From Camelus ferus (Eukaryota), in contig NC_045696.1 in the NCBI RefSeq assembly GCF_009834535.1, positions 58,592,001 through 58,656,000 of the forward strand: a stretch of 64,000 nucleotides of DNA, given 5' to 3'. This document shows positions 55,101-64,000 of this stretch, one piece after another (within the stretch, counting starts at the first letter, position 1; every line of letters starts with the position of its first letter). A program made the translations under genes and the position numbers. Under the pieces are notes generated by a model that had not been told where the DNA came from, made no database searches, and saw only the letters and a list, made by a program, of their open reading frames with translations.

Positions 55101-55727
55101 TCCCTGGTGTGTACAGGGGTGGCTGGGGGTGTGTGTCCCCCATGGCAAGCAAGGTCCCCTGAGATGGAGGTGGTACCCCTACCACGGCCTCTGCTCATTC
55201 AGCTTGCATGTTCCCACTGGAAGGCTGGAACTAGTGGGGGTGTTTCTCAGCACAGAGGGCAAAAAGACCATCACTGAGTACTTGCCAAAAAGCACTGGAA
55301 TGGTTTCTGAGCAACTGAGCCAAAGGATGTGTTTCAACTGCCTGAGAAATGCAGCAGATGCTGGAAGGTGTCTGACAAGCTGGTGCCCACCCAACTCCCT
55401 AGGGCTCCCCAGACAGAGCCAGAAAACCTGTGGAGGCTCTATCTGGACCCTGAGTCTGGCCAGTTGAGCCTGCTTCCAGCCTGCACCAGCAAGTTCTGCC
55501 AAGTGGGAGAAAGGAAAGGGCATCGGCACTCTGTTCCAAAGCCAAATCCAGCATGCCAAGAGATGGTGGGGGCCCACGGAGAAAGCCAGGGGCTGGAAGT
55601 TAGGCACTCTGTTTCCTGTTCCAAAGTCGGGGTGAGCCTGCTTCCAACATTTCCTTCTGTGGCTCTCCAGATTCCCTTGGGCAACACGAGGGGCCTGGAC
55701 CATCCCTCACACCCTCAGAAGGCTCTA

Positions 55728-55970
<243 letters not shown>

Positions 55971-57621
55971 TCATTCCTCCCAGGTGCCTGGCCAGGTAGG
56001 GGTGGAGGCAGCTGCCCCTCTCTTCTCCGCACAGCCTTCAGCCCAGAGTTCTGCCAGGATCCTAAAGCTCTCCCAGGAAAGCAGCCTAAATTCCTCCAAA
56101 TTCCCCAACAGCAGCCCTGGCTGGTGCACGTGGGAGCAGCAGAACAGGATGGTGAGGCCTGTCTTGTGAGGAAGAAAGGGGCAAGGGAATGTCTGTCACT
56201 GGCAGAGAATTTTAGGGATGGGCAGAGCCTGGGTCTGGAGATGCCTCGGGGTGATGGAAGGAGAGGAAACCTGATATTCCAATCTCCAAAATATGCATGT
56301 TCTAGCAGAGCGCGCAGTAGGACAGGCCCTGCTGACCAGAAGGAAGTTGGTTCATTAGAATGTGAGGTTCAGGGCTGTCACGCGTTGTACAAAAATACTC
56401 ACGGGGGCTCAGCTGGCTACACACGTGCCAACCACAACCTTTGTCTGTCCAGCCACCCAAACGGGCTCAAGGTGGAGGGCTGCAGCGGCCCAGGCAGGCC
56501 TGAGGCAGCCTTCCCCTCACTCCCTCCTTGAGCCTGGGAAGGGAGCCGGTCAGGCCAGGGACGCAGAGGGGAGGGGACACGGCCTGCTCTAGCCGGCACT
56601 GCTGTGGGCCGGGGCTGGGGTGGGTGGTGTCCCTCTCTGTCTCCGTTTCATCTTTTCTGAACCACTTGTCAAGCTAGGAGAACCAAGACCCACAGAAGTT
56701 AGGGCAGAGGGTGAGCCTTCAGCCTGGGAGGGGCAGGAAGGTGAGGCTGGAGGTTCTGTGAACCCAAGAGAGGAGGGTGTGGGAGGAGGGCCCGGGTGGA
56801 TTTCAGTTCAGTTATGCTCCTGTCAAACAACAAGCAAATGTTTAAGAATGAGTTAATTAAGCCTCTCAGGAGCTTCCCCCAAAGTGCCTAAATCTTCCCC
56901 ATCCCCTTCCGGGTGTCTGCGCTGGGGCCTGATGATAACAGCCCCCTCAGGGGCCCCCGCAGCCAGGGTCCCTGGGCTGGGGTGTGCTTCTGTGGAGGGC
57001 GAGGTGCCCCTCTGACGGCCCTCTCAGGGTGGACGTCTGCCTGGAAGAGCCCTGCTGCCTTTAAAAGTCTACTTTTGCTGTCTTCCAGACATCCTCTGAG
57101 CTTGCCTCATGGCTTATTTTGTCTTTAATTTCTTAGGAAAGAAACAGGGATGCTTTTCTCTATCAAAGGGCTATGACCAACAGATAAATTCAATTGAAAG
57201 ATTCATAAGTAAAAGGCATTTTAATCTAGGGGGAAAGAAAAAATGGGTGAAATACAAAAGGTTCTCCTCATTTGCTTTAAAAATTAAGAATATTGAACAT
57301 GACACTATTAAAAATAGAACACTGAAGTCTGCTAATAATTCAGCTTTATATTTTGGCAAGTGCAGGCTGAGACAAAAGAAGGAAGAAGACAGGGACTAGA
57401 AAGTGAAAGAGGGGGAAAGACAGAGGTTCAAGAAACAGATATTTAAGTACAGGTAGAGAGAGAGAGAGAGCCATCTAGTTTAGGCAACAGACAAGGAACG
57501 AGATGAAAATAATTATGCTGTACACCAGAAAGTGACACAACATTATAAACTGACTATATTTCAATTTAAAAAATGGGGGGAAAAAAAGGACAAGGTACAC
57601 ACAGAGCTCCTCGATGCTTCA

Positions 57622-58104
<483 letters not shown>

Positions 58105-58941
58105 TCAAAACCCCGCTCCCAGACAGAATCAAACTGCAACCAACTCAGTCACCATTCAAATCCCAGGGCCCCAAACTCTGGCTCAAACGTTAACGCCATC
58201 CTCGATCCTGACCTCAGTGGACTGTATTCCTCCAGCGTCATCAAGATGGCTCAGGTGGACCCCTCCCGAGCTCGTGTCCACAGCGACCACATCATATCAC
58301 ATCGACATCAAGTTAATATCATAATAACATAAGACATCATTAGCCTGCTGGGAGAACACGGCCTCCAGCTCACAAACTTTGCAAACCTGCTTAGAAGCCA
58401 GAGGTGGCTCCTGCTGACTACAGGATTGTGTCCAAATTCCCCAGCCTGGCATGAATGTCCTTCCTAGTACAAGCACTGATTCTCTCACTGGTTCCTAAAA
58501 AGCCATCTGCTCTTCTTCCATTCCTTGGAAGTACTGTGCTCTCCTCTACCCTGCGCCTGTCCTCAGCCTGATCCCTCAGCCTGGCACCCCCTGCCCCACC
58601 TTCCTCACCTGCCCACATCCTGCCCAGCCTTCCAGGCCAGCTCATGTCCCACCTCCTTACGTCCTGGGTACCCCCCAAATTTATCCATGGTTCCTCCCTG
58701 CTCTGGAAGTCTACTCTACCTCCCACATCTCACAACAGGCCACCAGGTTTTGTGTAAATATCTTCTGGGTGAAGACTGGGTGAAGGTGGGGACCAAGCTC
58801 CCTATAACTTGCCATGTTTGATGTCAGGGTTGGTTACATAGTCACCTCTACTTAAGTTCTACCAACCCCAAGGCTGCGGCTACCCTGTCCTGCCCACCTG
58901 AGCCCTGCTCCCCGCAGCAGCCACCTACCCTCACTCACTCA

Positions 58942-59205
<264 letters not shown>

Positions 59206-61121
59206 TCAAAGAGTCATTTCTCTCTGGGCCAGCCCAAATCCTGAGTCCTAGACTGTTCAGCCGGAAGGGAGGGGATGGGCCCTGGTGCTCCTGTGCTGTG
59301 AGCCATGAGAGGCTTTGTTTCCCAGCTTGCCCACAAGGTGGCGCAGTGCCTCACACTAAAACCCAGGCCCCACTGCTTCCCTCGTAACTAGGGCACCTGA
59401 GACGATCGGTTAACAATTAAGTTGTGTTCTGAAGACACAAATGCATGTTAGTGCCGACTCAAGATAATAGGAAAATTATATCCACTCCAAACCCCATTCA
59501 TAGAATTCTCGAATTTATCCACATTGCTGCTTCTTCAGCGTTAGCAGGATAATGGAGAAAGAGAGGACACATGTCCTGCTCAGGGAAGAAGGGGAACTGG
59601 GCAGGAGCAGGGCACCAAGGGTGCTCCACATGCTAGAAGACAGTTCCAGTCCCTGCCACATGCACCACACACATACTCGGGGGTCCCCAGTAGATGGGTG
59701 GGCCGCCAGTAGGAAGGGCAGTGGCATGGAAGCTAAAGAGCTCTGGGTCTGTGGAAGAGGGAACAAGTTCTCCCGGGGGAAGGTACAGTGTGTACTTTTA
59801 GGGACCTGGACCCTCCCTGACACTCTGGGGATGGGCCCACTCAGCCAGCTGTGGGGCTGGCAGGCTGACTTGGCCTGGTGGCCAGGAACACCATGTGGGC
59901 CCCAGCTCTCTGCCAGCCCACCAGGGAGAGGCTGACACCCACCCACGTTATCCATCGTCTCTCTTGTCCTGGGGTCAGCCCTTGCTGGAGCTGTGCCTTC
60001 CGTCCACAAGGCCTCTGGCCACTTGCTTAGGTTGATATATCTCATTCTGCCTTTTGGGCTTAACTCCAAGGTCACCTCCTTCAGGAAGCCTCTCTCTGTC
60101 CTCCCAATGGAATCAACTGCCCCCTCTTGGGCCCTTCCACCACAGTTTCCCTCTCATGCCTGATGGTGTCTCCTGGTCATGCCTAGTATCAGAGCAACAG
60201 GAGGCATGGCCTCTCCCCCTCAACTGACTCTGTGCTTCCAGGCGACGGACTCACTGTCTAGATCGGGCACAGGGGCACTCGGCAAACACTGCCAAAAGGG
60301 ACTGAGCCAAACAGGATGGACGTGGGCTGGCTACTAGGACCTCTGACCTCTGTGGCTCTTCCTTTGCCCTACCCAGGCTCCTTCCGAAGCTCAAAGTTAC
60401 TGATCCAGGATGCAATCTTTGACCTAATCCTTTGGTTGACATGTAAGCTTGGACTGTCCATGTTGTTTAAAGACCTTCTTCTGGAGGAGGGGCTTCTTCT
60501 GGAGGAGGGGCTCCTTCTGTGGTCAGCAATGACCAAGAATTGGCCAAAGATCCTATTTACTATAGCTCCCAGGAAGGATGGATTTTCTTAAACGAGAATA
60601 CCTGTGTTTGCATCTGCCTGCCTAGCACTGTTATCCTGGGGAGCTGTTTAGCCCCTGTGAGCCCAGCTCTTCTCATCTGGGAAGCAATGGGGCCAGTAGG
60701 TTCTACCCCTGGCTGGGTGGTTGTGAGAAGGCATGACGGACTGGAGGGCAAGGCCCCCTGTGGCACAAAGCACAGCCCAACTGCCAGCCAGTCCTCCTCT
60801 CCTGGAGAGCTGGCTCCACACTTCTTGCTGCCCTGGAGTCTGAAAAGCCCTCCCTTCCTGCAGGACATGTCCTTCTGTGCAGAGCTTCTAGGGATGCTGT
60901 GGGCAGAAGAGCCCAAGAGAAGGCTCAAAGCCTGGGGGTGCAAATCAACCCTCCACTGTGGCCGGGGTCCTTGGGAAGTGGCTTTCCCCCACTGTTTCCC
61001 TGCCCCAATCTGTTCAACATCAGTTACTCGGGCCATGGGACAGTCCTCCTGCAGATGGGCAACCCCCCGGAGATGGACAGTGTCCCTGCAGATGGGCAGG
61101 CCCCCTAGAGACGGCCACTTA

Positions 61122-61262
<141 letters not shown>

Positions 61263-62687
61263 TTAATTTTAAAAATTAAAAATAGTAGGAAAGAGAAGTG
61301 GGAGAGAAAGAAACAGGAAGCAAACAGATTCACCCCATGCCTGGAATAACTTGCCTTTTAGGGCAGCAAGCACAGACCCAGCGCAGGCACGAGGTATGGC
61401 CCCGGCCCCAGGACAGGCTTATCGGGTGCTGTGGGGCACGGAGGACAGGCTGAGCAGCCTTGGAGAAGCATTCTAGCCTCCCCCGGCTCAGGAACTCACT
61501 TTTATGGCCACTGCTGAGGCCCAGGAAGAATGCACTTGGTCCATTGTGGCAGCAAACACGGAAGACTCATCAGGGTGATGTAGGCCCTAAGCTGAGACTC
61601 CCAGCCCCGAGCACGCTCCAACTCTTGGCCTAAGGTTCTACGAATAGTTTTCCGATTCTTCTTTTATGAAAAGACTGAAGCAGAAATGAGATTGAACCAA
61701 AGCTCGCCTGACCCTCAGCCTGTCTGAGATTTTTATCCAAGAGAGTCTGCTAAACCAGCAAGATACCCACAGAGCTGAAGTGCCTGCTTGCTGCAGGGTC
61801 ACCCTGGGATAATTGGGATTGAGATGCACTGTCATTAATCACCAACTCTGAGCTGCCCGAGTCTAGCTCCCAGAAGTTATTTCATGAAGCTGGGACACTG
61901 GGACCCGAGTGTTTGTGAGGCCTGGACTCTCATCTGATAATGCCCAAGGGCCAAGCACATCCCCGTTCACCTGGCCCACGTTCAGTGACAAAATCAGTGA
62001 GGCGTGAGGCCCACTATCCATGCCTTCAGAGGCCCTGGAACCGCCTCTGACCAGCACCAGCCTCTCATCCATGATCTGGTCTGGTATTCTGTGACGGCCC
62101 AGGGGATGGAGAACACAGCAGAAAGTGGTCCCTGACATAGGACTCTGCAAAGGCTCAGAGTGTCACTCAAAGCCACAAAGGCTGGGAAAGGACGCCAGAG
62201 TGTAAACAGGGACTAATGAACGAATGTGTCCTTCACTGCTCCATGCACTGGGGGCCACATATGTCCCAACGTGGAAGAGTCCTCTTTCCAGAGCCCTGGG
62301 GGTGACCCAGAGCTGTCTGCAAGCCAGTTGGGATCCAGACTCATTCTCTTATCACTCTGACCAACCTCATCAGGAAAGTGACTCTGTGGCACCAAATTTG
62401 CTCCCCTAAATACAAAGTCTACAAATTCGGGGGTCTGGGCAGTGTTACCAGTAAGCCTCACCACCCCCATCCACTGATGGAGGGCTTGCTGCCTTGTGAC
62501 CAGTGACACTATGGAAGCATCTCTGAGAGTACGACCGGGGCCGACATGGGTGTGAGGACACAAAGCCACAGCCCGCAGGGCCCCTGCTCACCAGTTCCCA
62601 ACAGTGAGCTCAGCCCAGCAGGGCACACGGCAGCAACGTGCTTGTGCCTAGGGGTCAGCAAGTCCTTGATCACAGCACCCTACCTCA

Positions 62688-62942
<255 letters not shown>

Positions 62943-64000
62943 TCAGAGGGCTGCCTGAGTGAGTCCTGAGGGCCCCACACAGCTGCTGGGGAGGGGACAA
63001 AGAGAGATGACACTGGTGGCCTCTCCCAGCTAGCCCAGAGATGCAGGAGGGGACAGCCCTCCTCTCTATCTCCCTGCACCCTCACTCCCACCCAGGAGGA
63101 AAGGGGGGTGCCAGCGCATGAGGCCTGGGCATGTGTGGCTGTCTGAGGTCATGCAGATGGGGCCCGGTGCCCCCAATCTGAGTCACCTCTCAGATCTGCC
63201 TCGTTTGACTCCTGAGCAGCCCCCTCAAGATAGCTGGGCCCAAGAGGGGGACTTTGGTTCATCTGCTCTGAAGGTGTTTCAGGCCCTTGTGGCGGGGATA
63301 CAGAGGTCTCACTTTCCAACCCCATACACTGGGGAATCCTACCCTAAGCCCTTCATCCCAAGGGAGTTCTTTGGAAGGGACAGACTAAAGAGGCCGAGGG
63401 AGGAGAGAGAGGGAGGCACAACCGGTAAGCATCTCTGGAAACCCCTCACCTTGTCCCTGCCAGCTCCTTCATCCTCGGGCCCCCATCAGGTGCCCAACTG
63501 GTCCCTGCATTGTGGGCTATGATCTTTTATCTGTTCCTGAGATTGAACACGTCTTCCTTTTTTCTCATAACAGACTCCCAGAGGGGAGGCCCTAGGGCTG
63601 GAATGTGTAAGGGCCCCTGGAGTTTTTCCTAAAATGGACACCACAATTTAGTGACTCTCGTGTGCTGAGATGCTCCTGGTGGCTGGGCACGGGGCTGGGC
63701 TTTGGACCTGCCACCTCACTGAGTCCCCCAGGCAGTCCTGAAGGAGGGCTGGTGTCCCAACCCCACAGACGAGGAGGCCAGGCCTCAGGGAGGAGCCACT
63801 GACAGCTTGGCGGGGAACGCTTCCCCACGGCCTGTGCTCCCTCCTCTGATCCACGGGGCTCCTGGGGCTCCAGGCCAATGGTCTCAGTTTAAATTAGAAC
63901 GTAGAACTAAACATATTTAGTGTGTGGGTGTGCATTAAGCATGTCTTTTCATTCTGATACCTGACATTTGGGGCCTTACTGACCTGGGGAGCCTGCCCCT

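Overview
Mammalian genomic DNA, most likely a camelid: it carries three tRNA-derived Vic-1-type SINEs and artiodactyl-type L1 3' ends. From ~18250 to 64000 the minus strand holds the 3' portion of ADCY5 (adenylate cyclase 5). There are 18 coding exons (human exons 4-21, numbering from memory) with GT-AG junctions, giving 2380 coding nt in one unbroken frame, plus a ~2.3 kb 3'UTR. The 5' exons lie beyond the window. From 1 to ~17200 lies a nested, decayed cluster of minus-strand class I (gamma-like) endogenous retroviruses arranged head-to-tail. One LTR has a PPT on one side and a tRNA-Arg PBS on the other. A composite L1/SINE insertion sits inside the RT gene. I found no intact viral or L1 ORF and no clearly new biological system. 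The best leads are the tandem ERV architecture, a probable L1-mobilised foreign segment, a decayed counterpart of an ADCY5 alternative exon, and some splicing/CTCF features. All repeat-family names and human comparisons come from memory and were not checked against a database.
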